In this document: one piece after another, positions 27,861 to 37,302 of the stretch
How the letters are laid out: each line of letters starts with the position of its first letter
Numbering within the stretch: position 1 is the first letter of the stretch
From: Bryobacterales bacterium
Lineage (GTDB): Bacteria > Acidobacteriota > Terriglobia > Bryobacterales > UBA6623
Direction of reading: 5' to 3'
DNA length: 64,000 bases
NCBI GenBank assembly: GCA_965217195.1
Contig: CBDCHL010000001.1
Span: 182,175-246,174 of the forward strand
The notes under the pieces: generated by a model
The model's input: only the letters and a program-made list of their open reading frames with translations
The model's database searches: none
What the model was told of the DNA's origin: nothing
Position numbers and translations under genes: made by a program

Positions 27861-28874
27861 ATGAATCCAGCTGAAACGAGAGAGCTGGGTCGCACAGGGG
27901 TCAAACTGACACAGTTCGGGTTCGGGGCAGCCAGGCTCGGGGAACTCTTTGTCAGGGTGAGCGAGGAGGACTCGCTGGCGACTCTGCAAGCGGTCTGGAA
28001 GAGCGGTGTCCGCTACTTTGACACTGCGCCCTTGTACGGATTTGGCCTCAGTGAGCACCGGGTGGGTGGTTTTCTCTATCAACAACCACGCCGGGAATTT
28101 GTCCTCTCCACCAAGGTGGGACGCGTTCTCAGAGCCCCTGAAGTCAAGGCCAATTTCAAGGCTCCTCTCTTTCTGGGAGGACTTCCCTTCGATCATGTCT
28201 TCGACTACACCTACGACGGGATCATGCGGTCCTTCGAAGACAGTCTGCAAAGGTTGCGGCTCAATAGCATCGATCTGGTGGTTATTCACGACCTGGAGCC
28301 CGATCACCACGGCGCGAAATTGCAGACCTACGTGGACCAATTTTCGGAAAGCGGCTGGCGGGCCCTCGAGAGGCTGCGCTCCACGGGCGAGATCCGCGCC
28401 ATTGGAGCAGGAGTCAATGAGCGGGGAGTGATGCCTCGTTTTCTGGAACGATTCGACCTCGATTTTTTCGTCCTTGCGTGGTCCTACACACTACTGGAGC
28501 AGGAAGCCCTGGAAGAGCTGCCTTTGTGCCAGGCGCGCAATGTTGGGATCATTCTGGCGTCCGTGTTCAACTCGGGGATTCTAGCTACGGGCGCAGTCGA
28601 CGGCGCGAAATACAACTACCAGGATGCGCCTGCCGAGGTTCTTGAAAGGGTCTCGAAGATCGAGCAGGTTTGTCGTCGCCACGACGTATCCATGGCGGCT
28701 GCAGCACTGCAGTTTCCTCTGGCCCATCCCTCTGTCGCCAGTGTGATTCCCGGAGCGGTGCATCCGCGCGAGGTGGAGGAGAATCTAGGCCATTTTCAAG
28801 AAGAGATTCCGGCGGCGCTGTGGGCAGAGCTCAAAGCCGAAGGATACATTCGACAGGATGCTCCAATCCCTTAG
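27861..28874 (+). CDS. Aldo/keto reductase family oxidoreductase
   Basis: LGRTGVKLTQFGFGAARLG..GVRYFDTAPLYGFGLSE..VLSTKVGR..DLVVIHD..IGAGVN.. AKR signature. Confidence 0.85.
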   Translation: MNPAETRELGRTGVKLTQFGFGAARLGELFVRVSEEDSLATLQAVWKSGVRYFDTAPLYGFGLSEHRVGGFLYQQPRREFVLSTKVGRVLRAPEVKANFKAPLFLGGLPFDHVFDYTYDGIMRSFEDSLQRLRLNSIDLVVIHDLEPDHHGAKLQTYVDQFSESGWRALERLRSTGEIRAIGAGVNERGVMPRFLERFDLDFFVLAWSYTLLEQEALEELPLCQARNVGIILASVFNSGILATGAVDGAKYNYQDAPAEVLERVSKIEQVCRRHDVSMAAAALQFPLAHPSVASVIPGAVHPREVEENLGHFQEEIPAALWAELKAEGYIRQDAPIP

Positions 28875-28900
28875 GACCCGCCCCGATGCCGGCTAGTGCG

Positions 28901-29957
28901 CTCCTGCTTATACGGTTGGTTCAGCAAAGCACCAAGATGTAGGGTAGGGCGTGGCCCGGCCGCCGTTTCCGAAGAGTCTGCGTCAGTTTCAGGCGGAGTT
29001 CGCGACCGAAGAGGCTTGCCAGAAGTACCTGGCTGCTTGTCGTTGGCCCGACGGGTTCCTTTGTCCTCAGTGTGGGCATCGGCAGGCCTACATTCTCGAG
29101 CAGAAACGACGGTGGCAGTGCGCGGCGTGTCGACACCAGGTCTCGTTGACCTCGGGAACGGTGCTCCACAATACGAAGACTCCGCTGATGGTTTGGTTCT
29201 GGGCCGCGTACCTGATGACAACTGATAAGCGAGGTGTGTCGGCGGTGCTACTGCAGCGTCAGCTCGGCCTGTCGCGTTACGAAACCGCATGGATGATGCT
29301 GCACAAACTTCGCCGGGCCATGGTGAACGCAGCTCGCGAGCCCTTGCACGGAGAAGTAGAGGTCGATGACACCTGGATTGGCGGCCCGCAAGCAGGTTTA
29401 CGAGGCAGCCGACAACTGAAGGGGCGCCGCGCGGCCCTTGTGATGGTCGCTGTTGAGAAACGCGGGAAGCGTTCCGGGCGCGTTCGCATGTCCGTTATTC
29501 CAGACTTCAAGAAGGTGACGATCGACAGGTTTCTTGCCCAGAACGTTGTTCCCGGCTCGACCATCTACACGGACGGTCTTGAAGACCTTTACCGCCCTCG
29601 AAGAGGCCGGCTACAAACACATCTCTCGTCCGCAACCTCACCGGACTGACTTGCGGAAAGGCGCCAAGTCGGTGGTGCCGCTGGCGGATCGTGCCATTGG
29701 CAACCTGCAACAATGGCTGACCGGAACGTACCACGGCGTGAGCCGCGCTCAGCTCCAGGTTTACCTCGATGAGTTCGTGTTTCGACACAACCGCCGCAAG
29801 ACCCCAATGGCAGCCTTCCAAACCCTCCTTGGTCTCGGAACCCAACACGCTCCTACGCCTTACGCCCACATCCGCCGCGCGCGTGACCTGGACAAGACGC
29901 GATGACCTCCACCCCAACATCTAGTACCTTGCTGAAACAACCGGATAAGCAGGAGGT
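28901..29957 (+). mobile_element. IS1595-family insertion sequence, full length (about 1.06 kb) with imperfect terminal inverted repeats
   Basis: Left end ctcctgcttatacggttggttcagcaaagcaccaagatgt (28901-28940) matches the reverse complement of the right end, cctcctgcttatccggttgtttcagcaaggtactagatgt (29917-29957). It is inserted 27 nt after the AKR stop. End coordinates are good to about +/-4 bp. Confidence 0.85.
28951..29905 (+). pseudogene. IS1595-family transposase, disrupted by a 1-nt insertion at about 29580
   Basis: N-terminal zinc-ribbon CPQCGH..CAAC and the DDE region are split between ORFs 28951..29649 and 29534..29905. This copy reads ggtcttgaagacc where the truncated copy at 14486 reads ggtctgaagacc. 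Confidence 0.85.
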
Positions 29958-30047
29958 AGCAACATAGACAGCCTCATCAGGCTGGGCATCCTCTGGAGGG
30001 CGGTTGCGTCATGCTTCGCGGCATCCGTTTGGCTCAAGGAGGATGCC

Positions 30048-30450
30048 ATGACTCGATTACGTCAGAAGCTCATCGAGGATCTCGAAGTCCGCAATTGTGC
30101 GGAGTCCACGATCCATTCCTACGTGCGACACGTGGCGGCGTTCGCCGCCCACTATCCTCAGTCGCCCGACCAACTCGGCCCGGAGCAGATCCATCGCTAT
30201 CAGCTCTATCTCATCCGCGAACGCAAGCTCGCTCCGGCGACGATTGCTCAGATCGTGTCCGGGCTGCGCTCCTCTTATGAAACGACGCTGGGCCGTCCTG
30301 GCTGAGCGAGCACGTTCCGTATCCGCACCGCGAGCGTCGCTTGCGGGTCGCGCTCAGCCGCGCCGAAGTGGCCGTGCTACTCGACCCCCCCGCAATCTCA
30401 AACACCGTGCCATGCTGATGACGCTCATCGGCTCGACTTGCGCAGCCAGC
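30048..30450 (+). pseudogene. Tyrosine recombinase/integrase remnant (SAM-like N-terminal domain intact, then multiple frameshifts and truncation)
   Basis: MTRLRQKLIEDLEVRNCAESTIHSYVRHVAAFAAHY..IHRYQLYLI.. then ..LSRAEVAVLLD.. and ..PRNLKHRAMLMTL.. lie in two other frames. The catalytic half is absent. Confidence 0.75.
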
Positions 30451-30557
30451 GGCGAGTGGACACTGCACGCCCTCGAGAACCTCAGCAAGTACCTGGAAGT
30501 CCACATCGAACTCAAGGGGTACACGAAACACTCTTTATTACGTGGATGTCGTTGGAT

Positions 30558-31181
30558 TTAGAACTGTCGCCTGATGGTCATAGTTGTCGTCAGGCGAGGA
30601 ATTGCCCGAAGGGTACCCGAGGGTGCCAAAACACGCCCTAACTCGACACAGATCATTTTTTTGCCGACCCAAAAAGAGGCCCAGCGCGGTAGATTTCTCG
30701 GACAAATTGTTCGGGCTTCCTCCTGCGCGCTTGCTTGGCGCAACGGTACACGAAGGCCAGCGTTTGGGCGCGGCGGGGCGGGGAAGAGGCTACGGTCTTG
30801 ACCGAAGGCGACGAGAGGGACCCAATGATGGCCGGTGTTCTGGACCCGAGAGGCGGAGTTCAGATCGGCTGAAGTCGCCGGACATCGCTTGAGTTCGTTT
30901 GGGCACGGATGCTTGCGGGGAAAGGCACTGAGGAGGCACTGGTCTTCCGACCGTGCAATGGTGCCGTCCTCATCAACCGGATCAGTCAAGACACGCATGT
31001 CGAGTTCATAGTCCAGGATCGATTTCACTGTGGTAACGACCTCCGCGTCGATCTGCTCTTTGTCCATCGTGAGAGCAATCAGCCCGAGCAGCCGAAGACC
31101 AATCGTGTCCAGTCGACGGCAGTGTTCGCTTTGAGGAAGGTTGTCGTACCTCCAGCTGAGGCGGCACGCTAAGCGCATCAT
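30558..31181 (-). CDS. Hypothetical protein, probably a mobile-element gene fragment
   Basis: Only the first 75 aa or so look protein-like (..RRLDTIGLRLLGLIALTMDKEQIDAEVVTTVKSILDYELDMRVLTDPVDEDG). It is preceded on the same strand by a short HTH-like tail (..RFVTVKTIGEAPRDRIRTVQNWYEEF, ending at 31192) that abuts the IS630 insertion. Confidence 0.3.
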   Translation of the reverse strand: MMRLACRLSWRYDNLPQSEHCRRLDTIGLRLLGLIALTMDKEQIDAEVVTTVKSILDYELDMRVLTDPVDEDGTIARSEDQCLLSAFPRKHPCPNELKRCPATSADLNSASRVQNTGHHWVPLVAFGQDRSLFPAPPRPNAGLRVPLRQASAQEEARTICPRNLPRWASFWVGKKMICVELGRVLAPSGTLRAIPRLTTTMTIRRQF

Positions 31182-31348
31182 CCAGAGTGCTTTACTCCTG
31201 CTCCCGCTCCCGGAACTCCTCGTACCAGTTCTGCACGGTTCGGATGCGATCCCGCGGCGCCTCGCCGATGGTTTTCACCGTGACGAAGCGCTGACTGTCG
31301 AGCGAGACGTCGGAGCAGGCGATTCTATTGGTTCCTGATCGGCCCTTA

Positions 31349-32441
31349 CTGAGTCTCGCATAATATACTGTCAATCGAGACAAAGAGAAGACTGTTTCCA
31401 GAAAGCGGTAATCAAGCGCGGTTTGCGGCGCATTCGCCGCAGCGCTTTGCGGGCGCGCTCGTCGAGTTCCCAGTAGTCCTTCGGGCAGACGTTGGGCAAC
31501 TCGTGCTGCTTCCAGTACGCCCAAATGTATTCCACCGGGTTCAACTCCGGCGCATAGGGCGGCAAGTACTCCGTTGCGATGTGATCCTCGGAGAGCTGGA
31601 TGAACTCCCGCACCAGGCGGCTGCGGTGCGCCGGCAGCCGGTCCCAGACGATCAGCAGTGGGCCGTCGATGTGGCGCACCAAAGCCTTCAGGAAGTCGAT
31701 GACCTCCAGCTCGCCGATCGCGCCGGGATAGAGCCGGAAGTAAAAGTTGCGCAACGTCAGCCCGGCCGACACCGACAGCTTGTCCCAGTTGAAGTTGAAC
31801 TCCAACACCGGTGTCTCGCCGCGCGGCGCCCAGGTGCGGCAACGATGCGGCTTCTGACTCAATCCGCTTTCGTCGATGAAGACGATCGTACGTTCTTCTT
31901 TGCGGGCTTTTTTTTAATGGCCGGCCAAGTCTTGCGCTGCCAGCCGCGGATGGCCTCTTCGTTGCGCTCCCGCGCTTTGCCGACGGGCCGTTGCGGGCTC
32001 CAACCGAGCGCCCGCAGGATCTTCCAGACATGGCCCTCGTGATAGCGCACGCCGAACTCGTCTCCGATCAGACGAGCGACCCGCGGACAGCTCCACAGCG
32101 GCGTCGGGAAGCCGTGCGCCTCGGGGCCTTCCAGCAGCAACGCCTCGAGGCGTTCGAGCTGCGCGGCGTCCAACAGCGGCTTACGGCCGGCGCGGCCGGC
32201 CTGGCGCAACCCGGCTTCGCCGTCACGCCGGTATCGTCGCAGCCACTCGCTGACGCTTTGCCGCGCGACCTTCAATCGCCTCGCTGTCTCGGACTGACTA
32301 CAGCCTTGCTCGACCAACCGGATCGCTTTGAAACGGCGCTTCTCCAGGGCCTCGAAATCCCGCCGTACGCCTTTTGTATTTCCCATACATACAAAGACGT
32401 ACGTACCCCAAAAAGGTGTCACTTTATTTTGCGAGATTCAA
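31349..32441 (-). mobile_element. IS630-family insertion sequence, copy A (1,093 bp), flanked by TA on both sides
   Basis: Ends ctgagtctcgcataata.. / ..tattttgcgagattcaa form imperfect IRs (14 of 17). TA at 31347-48 and 32442-43. Matches 53367..54459 in inverted orientation; I saw one mismatch, in the IR. Confidence 0.9.
31371..32422 (-). CDS. IS630-family transposase (two ORFs joined by a putative -1 frameshift on an A8/AAG run, T-run 31908-31915 on the + strand)
   Basis: ORF 31859..32422 (HTH domains: ..SQSETARRLKVARQSVSEWLRRY..) and ORF 31371..31862 (DDE: ..LIVWDRLPAH..YLPPYAPELNPVEYIW). A -1 slip yields ..IKKKARKEERTIVFIDESG, restoring the first Asp. Confidence 0.85.
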
Positions 32442-32537
32442 TAGGGCCGACAACAATCTACATCCACCGTGAGAGACTGACTTTTTTCAAGCAGTAGATA
32501 GCCCACCGATGTAACAATCGGGGACAATGGAAGCGGA

Positions 32538-34757
32538 ATGACCACAACCCGTGTCCTCGGCGTCGGCGCATTGGCACTGGCCGGCGTACTACCGTTGTCA
32601 TCGGCGCCGGGCACGGGCGGAATCAGCGCCGCAACCCCAACCACGGCGCCGCGTTTGAGCTCGATGTGGCCGCAGGGCGCCCAGCGCGGCACGGAGGTCA
32701 CCGTCACTATTGAGGGAACCAACCTCTTGGAGACGTCCGCGGTCCGCTTTGCAAGCGCCGGCCTCGACGCGAGGATCCTCTCAACAACAGCGCAAAGCAT
32801 AAGGGCCGGGATAACCGTCGCCCTCGAAGCGCACCTTGGCCGGCACGACTTCCGAGTCAGCACACCCACGGGCAGCACCGTGGCGGTCTTCCAGGTCGGC
32901 TCACTGCCGGAGATCTTCGAGACGGAACCCAACACGGAGTTCGAAGCGGCGCAGCTGGTCGAACTGCCGGCAATCGTCAACGGCACTCTGGGGATTGATG
33001 AGAGTGGCGCTAAGCCGGGTACGGAAACTGACTACGACTTTTTCAGGTTCAGGGCGGAAGCCGGACAAACGCTCACCTTCGACGCCATCTCGACCCGCAT
33101 CGGCGGCACCGCGGACACATATTTGACGCTCTTTGATGCCAAGGGGAATGAACTAGCCGGCAACGAGGACTACTACCAGGACAAGGATCCTTTTCTTGCC
33201 TACAGCTTCGATCGCGAGGGGGACTACCTGCTTCGTGTCGGAACGTTCGCGGACGGCTCGAGAACCTCGGTGTACCGTCTGGTCATCGGCGAGCTGCCCT
33301 ACATCCTGCACGCCTTCCCAAACGGCGGTCAACGCGGCCGGACAGTGGAGTTCACCCTCAAAGGATTCAACCTTGCCAAAGTCACTAAGGTCGTTCTGGG
33401 CAAGGGCATCGCCACCGGCGAAGTGGTCGAAAGCTCACGAGACCAAGCGAAGTTCCGGATGAAGATCCCTCTGGACACTGAGCGGCGCGACTACTGGCTT
33501 GCGGCTATCCAGGATGACGGTGTGGCGACCACCTGGCCGGTTCTTTTTAACGTTGATGAGCTGCCGGAGATCAACGCTGGAGGCGAGGCCGCGCGCTATT
33601 TCGACAACCCGGTGCCGGTGCCAACCTTGATTGTTGTGAACGGTCGCATCGAGCGTCACGATGTCGCGGATCACTTTCTGATTGAGGCCGAAGCTGGGCA
33701 GCGGTTCTCCTTCCATGTTCACGGTATGCTTGCCGGATCACTTATCGATCCCGTTGTGGCGCTCTATGACAGCGCGGGCGGCAAGATCGCTTTTCAGGAT
33801 GATCCCGCCTCCACGGACATGTGGAAACAGCGAATTGACCTGGACCCCCACCTGACCCACCGCTTCCAGCAGGCGGGGCGGTACACGGTTATGGTGCGCG
33901 ACTTGACCTTCCGCGGACACCCGGACTGGCTGTACCGCCTCAAGATCCGTCCCGTGGAGCCGGATTTCGAAATCCAGATTCTCACGCCGCATCAAACAAT
34001 TCTGCGCGGTCGAACCACGAAGGACAATGGCCCGGACCGCTTTGACCCCGTCCATCTCTACGTCCAAGTACGGCGCCGCGGAGGATGGGACACTCCCGTT
34101 GAGGTTTGGGCGGAGAATCTGCCGCCCGGCGTTACAGGAGAGAAGGTCAGCGTTCCGCCGGAGAACACCTACTACCGCGGTACGGACGCCGAGGACAAGT
34201 GGTTGGATGGTACGCGGGTCGAGGTACCGTTGATCGCGGCGCCGGATGCTCCCTTAGCGTCGCAGCCCATCCGGATTCGCGCCCGGGGAGTGATGGAGGG
34301 AAGAACCGTAGAACGTGAGGGACGGGTGCTTTACGAGTACAACCCGACAGGTTTCATGGCGCGTCGGCGGGTCAACTCTTTGCCCGACGACGATCGGATG
34401 ATTCTCACCATCACGGACGCACCCATGCTAACTCTGGACGCTCCCGGAGAATTCACAATCGTGAAAGGAGAGCCAAAGAAGCTAAAGGCGTCCCTGCGGT
34501 GGTGGGGAGAGCCGGCCGGCCCTGTAAAGCTGAGGATTGAAAGTTTGCCCGACGGTGTCTCAATCCCCGAGATCGAGGTCACGCCGGAGCAAGAGGAAGC
34601 TGTCTTGACGGCGCTGGCTACTCTGGAAGCCCTGGAGGGCGTGACGCGGGCCCTCCTTATCTCCGAAGCGTTCTCGGCGGGCGAGGCCGTTCCGCTGCAC
34701 TCCCGCGACATCCTGATTAGGGTGGGCGGAAAGCCGGATTCCAAAGCAGGATACTGA
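32538..34757 (+). CDS. Secreted protein with two pre-peptidase C-terminal (PPC)-like domains and Ig-like repeats; function unknown
   Basis: Signal peptide; ETEPNTEFEAAQLVELPAIVNGTL..DYDFFRFRAEAGQTLTFD..YLTLFDAKGNELAGNED, and a second unit DVADHFLIEAEAGQRFSF..VVALYDSAGGKIAFQDD. Confidence 0.6.
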   Translation: MTTTRVLGVGALALAGVLPLSSAPGTGGISAATPTTAPRLSSMWPQGAQRGTEVTVTIEGTNLLETSAVRFASAGLDARILSTTAQSIRAGITVALEAHLGRHDFRVSTPTGSTVAVFQVGSLPEIFETEPNTEFEAAQLVELPAIVNGTLGIDESGAKPGTETDYDFFRFRAEAGQTLTFDAISTRIGGTADTYLTLFDAKGNELAGNEDYYQDKDPFLAYSFDREGDYLLRVGTFADGSRTSVYRLVIGELPYILHAFPNGGQRGRTVEFTLKGFNLAKVTKVVLGKGIATGEVVESSRDQAKFRMKIPLDTERRDYWLAAIQDDGVATTWPVLFNVDELPEINAGGEAARYFDNPVPVPTLIVVNGRIERHDVADHFLIEAEAGQRFSFHVHGMLAGSLIDPVVALYDSAGGKIAFQDDPASTDMWKQRIDLDPHLTHRFQQAGRYTVMVRDLTFRGHPDWLYRLKIRPVEPDFEIQILTPHQTILRGRTTKDNGPDRFDPVHLYVQVRRRGGWDTPVEVWAENLPPGVTGEKVSVPPENTYYRGTDAEDKWLDGTRVEVPLIAAPDAPLASQPIRIRARGVMEGRTVEREGRVLYEYNPTGFMARRRVNSLPDDDRMILTITDAPMLTLDAPGEFTIVKGEPKKLKASLRWWGEPAGPVKLRIESLPDGVSIPEIEVTPEQEEAVLTALATLEALEGVTRALLISEAFSAGEAVPLHSRDILIRVGGKPDSKAGY

Positions 34758-34759
34758 GT

Positions 34760-37291
34760 TTGATGGTTGATCAGGATGTAGCGCCGGTTCGATGGCCTGA
34801 GTTTCGGGTCACCGCTGCACTGCGACTCACGCTGAGCACATGGTCCAGCCTCCTCTGCGTTCTGCTGGCCTTGGGCGCGGGCTCCGCCTGGGCTCAGGAC
34901 CAGCCCTCCTTGGAGGGCATGGGGCGCTTAGTTAACCTCCGTCTCTACCCCTCCGAGAGTGTTTTGGATGGCCATCAGGCGCGCCAAACGATTACTGCGA
35001 TTGCTACGGACGTCAATGGTGTCGAATGGGACGTCAGCGAGCAAGCGTCCCTCGAATTCAAAACCCGGAGTATTGCCGGCAGGGATGCGGACGGGAGGAT
35101 CTACGGCCTTGCCAATGGCGGCACCGCGGTGGATGTGGACTTCGGCCCGGTTTCCACGAGCGGTACGGTAATCGTCAAGAACTTGGCCGGCCGCCGCGGC
35201 ATGAGCTTTGTGAGAGATGTGGTCCCTGTGCTGACCCGAGGCGGCTGCGCGGGCTCCAACTGCCACGGCTCGGTACGAGGCAAGAACGGGTTTAAGCTCT
35301 CCCTATTTGGGTTCGAGCCCGAAGCCGATTACGAGGCAATTACTGCGGCCGGCGAAGGCCGTCGAGTCAACTTTGAAACGCCCGAACAAAGCCTGATCCT
35401 ACTCAAGCCCACATTTACGATCGCCCACGGTGGCGGAGTGCGCTTTGAAAAGCAGTCCCCTGAGTACGAGATGTTGCTCGAGTGGCTGAAACAGAACGCG
35501 CCCTTTGAGCGCGAATCGCCTCAGCGGATCGCCTCGCTCCGCGTCTATCCGGATGAGCGGGTGCTCGTGGGCATCAACAGTACTCAGCAGCTCGTCGCCA
35601 CCGCCTCGTTTGAGGACGGCACGAGGGAGGATGCCACCCTCAAAGTCCAATACAGCACGGGCAACGACAGGGTAGCCGAGGTCAGCAAACGTGGCCGTCT
35701 GATCGCGACAGGGCCTGGGGAAACCGCGGTCATGGTCCGAATGCTCGGTAAAGCCGTTGCGGTCCGAGTGGCCGTTGTGGAAGATCCGCCGATGGCGGAT
35801 TACCCCGAGGTGGCCCGCAACAACTTCATTGACGAATTAGTCTTCTCCAAGCTCGAGCGGCTGAACATCATCCCCTCGGAGTTGAGCACTGACGAAGAGT
35901 TCGTTCGCCGTGTCTACTTGGACACTATTGGGCTGCTACCCACCATCGAAGAAGCCCGGTCCTTCTTGACCTCCGAGGACCCGCACAAGCGTGCTGCTCT
36001 GATCGATGAGCTTCTCGAGCGCCAAGAATTCAACGATGTTTGGGCCATCAACTTCAACGTCATATTTCGGATCGGGTCCGGGACGATGGCACAAGGCACG
36101 CGGCGAGGGCATCGCTGGATCCGACAAGCGTTGGTATCGCGCAAGCCCTACGACCAACTCGCGCGGGAGATGGTCACCGGGCAGGGAATGCTCTACTGGG
36201 ACGGGGCGCCCAACTTCTACGCCGTCGGCAGTCAGAACGAGCCACCCGATACCTACGCGGTCAACGTCAGCCAAACGCTCCTCGGCGTGCGGCTGGAATG
36301 CGCCAAGTGCCACAACCACCCGTTTGAGCGCTGGTCGCAGGATGACTTTTGGGGCTTCACGGCGTTCTTCTCGCGCATCAAGCAAAAGGAAGTCTACTTT
36401 GCCAACGAGATGAGCATCTTCCTCAAGCAGCAGGGAGAAGTGCTTCATCCTAATGCCAAAGAGCCGGTGAAGCCGAAGTTCCTCGATGGCGCGGTAGTGG
36501 AAGAAAAGCAGGATGAGGATATCCGCGAAGAGCTGGCTGATTGGATCACAGACCCAAAGAATCCTTGGTTCGCACGGACCGCCGTTAACCGTATCTGGAA
36601 ACACTACATGGGGCGGGGCCTCGTCGAACCGGTCGATGATTTCCGCGTCACCAATCCGGCCGGCAACCCCGAGCTACTGGATGCGCTTGAGGCCTACTTC
36701 ATCGAGCACGAGTTTGGTTTGCGCGCTCCCATCCGCGCCATTCTCAACTCGCGGACCTACCAGCTCTCGTCCGAGGCCAATGAGACCAACCGGGGGGACG
36801 AGATCAACCATTCGAGGTGCTACATCAGGCGTTTGGGCGCGGAGCACATCCTCGATGCGGTCAGCCAGTCGACGGGGGTTCCGGACAGATTCCCCGGCTA
36901 CCCGCTGGGCGTCAGGGCGATGGAAATCCCCGAAGGCTCGCCCTCCTACTTCCTGAAGGTGCTGGGTCGCGGGGAGGTTGCGGACAAGATCCGGGAAAGA
37001 GATCTGGCGGTTGACCTCTCTCAGATTCTGCATCTGATTAACGGCGATACACTACAAAAGAAGATCGGTTCGGAGAAGGGCGTCCTGCGCCACTGGCTCG
37101 TTGACAAAACGGTCTCGGACAGCGAGGTACTCGACCGCATCTACCTCGCGACCCTTAGCCGCCATCCAACGACGGATGAATCAGAGTACGTGGCCACATT
37201 GATCAATGAGAGCCCGGACGAACGGGCCGGCATTTTCGAGGACGTCTACTGGGGCATCTTCAATTCCAACGAGTTCTTCTTCAACCACTAG
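34760..37291 (+). CDS. DUF1549 (PSCyt2) + DUF1553 (PSD1) domain protein with N-terminal Ig-like (Big_2-type) domains
   Basis: ..RGGCAGSNCHGS.., ..RRVYLDTIGLLPT.EEARSF.., ..LECAKCHNHPFERWSQDDFWGFTAFF.., ..WFARTAVNRIWKHYMGRGLVEPVDDF.., and a C-terminus ..FNSNEFFFNH typical of PSD1 proteins. Starts 3 nt after the upstream stop. Confidence 0.85.
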   Translation: MMVDQDVAPVRWPEFRVTAALRLTLSTWSSLLCVLLALGAGSAWAQDQPSLEGMGRLVNLRLYPSESVLDGHQARQTITAIATDVNGVEWDVSEQASLEFKTRSIAGRDADGRIYGLANGGTAVDVDFGPVSTSGTVIVKNLAGRRGMSFVRDVVPVLTRGGCAGSNCHGSVRGKNGFKLSLFGFEPEADYEAITAAGEGRRVNFETPEQSLILLKPTFTIAHGGGVRFEKQSPEYEMLLEWLKQNAPFERESPQRIASLRVYPDERVLVGINSTQQLVATASFEDGTREDATLKVQYSTGNDRVAEVSKRGRLIATGPGETAVMVRMLGKAVAVRVAVVEDPPMADYPEVARNNFIDELVFSKLERLNIIPSELSTDEEFVRRVYLDTIGLLPTIEEARSFLTSEDPHKRAALIDELLERQEFNDVWAINFNVIFRIGSGTMAQGTRRGHRWIRQALVSRKPYDQLAREMVTGQGMLYWDGAPNFYAVGSQNEPPDTYAVNVSQTLLGVRLECAKCHNHPFERWSQDDFWGFTAFFSRIKQKEVYFANEMSIFLKQQGEVLHPNAKEPVKPKFLDGAVVEEKQDEDIREELADWITDPKNPWFARTAVNRIWKHYMGRGLVEPVDDFRVTNPAGNPELLDALEAYFIEHEFGLRAPIRAILNSRTYQLSSEANETNRGDEINHSRCYIRRLGAEHILDAVSQSTGVPDRFPGYPLGVRAMEIPEGSPSYFLKVLGRGEVADKIRERDLAVDLSQILHLINGDTLQKKIGSEKGVLRHWLVDKTVSDSEVLDRIYLATLSRHPTTDESEYVATLINESPDERAGIFEDVYWGIFNSNEFFFNH

Positions 37292-37302
37292 GGCTTAGTG
37301 CA

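Noticed and set aside
574-28340. Long ORFs opposite to annotated genes: 574..1692 +, 8020..9132 +, 9972..10934 +, 12271..13263 +, 18121..19284 -, 23321..24103 -, 24140..25000 -, 27336..28340 -. Similar ones occur further right, e.g. 35936..36604 - and 57968..58624 -.
   Set aside because: These are high-GC antisense shadow ORFs. They are Arg/Gly/Pro/Val-rich low-information translations, and each fully overlaps a gene with clear family motifs on the other strand.
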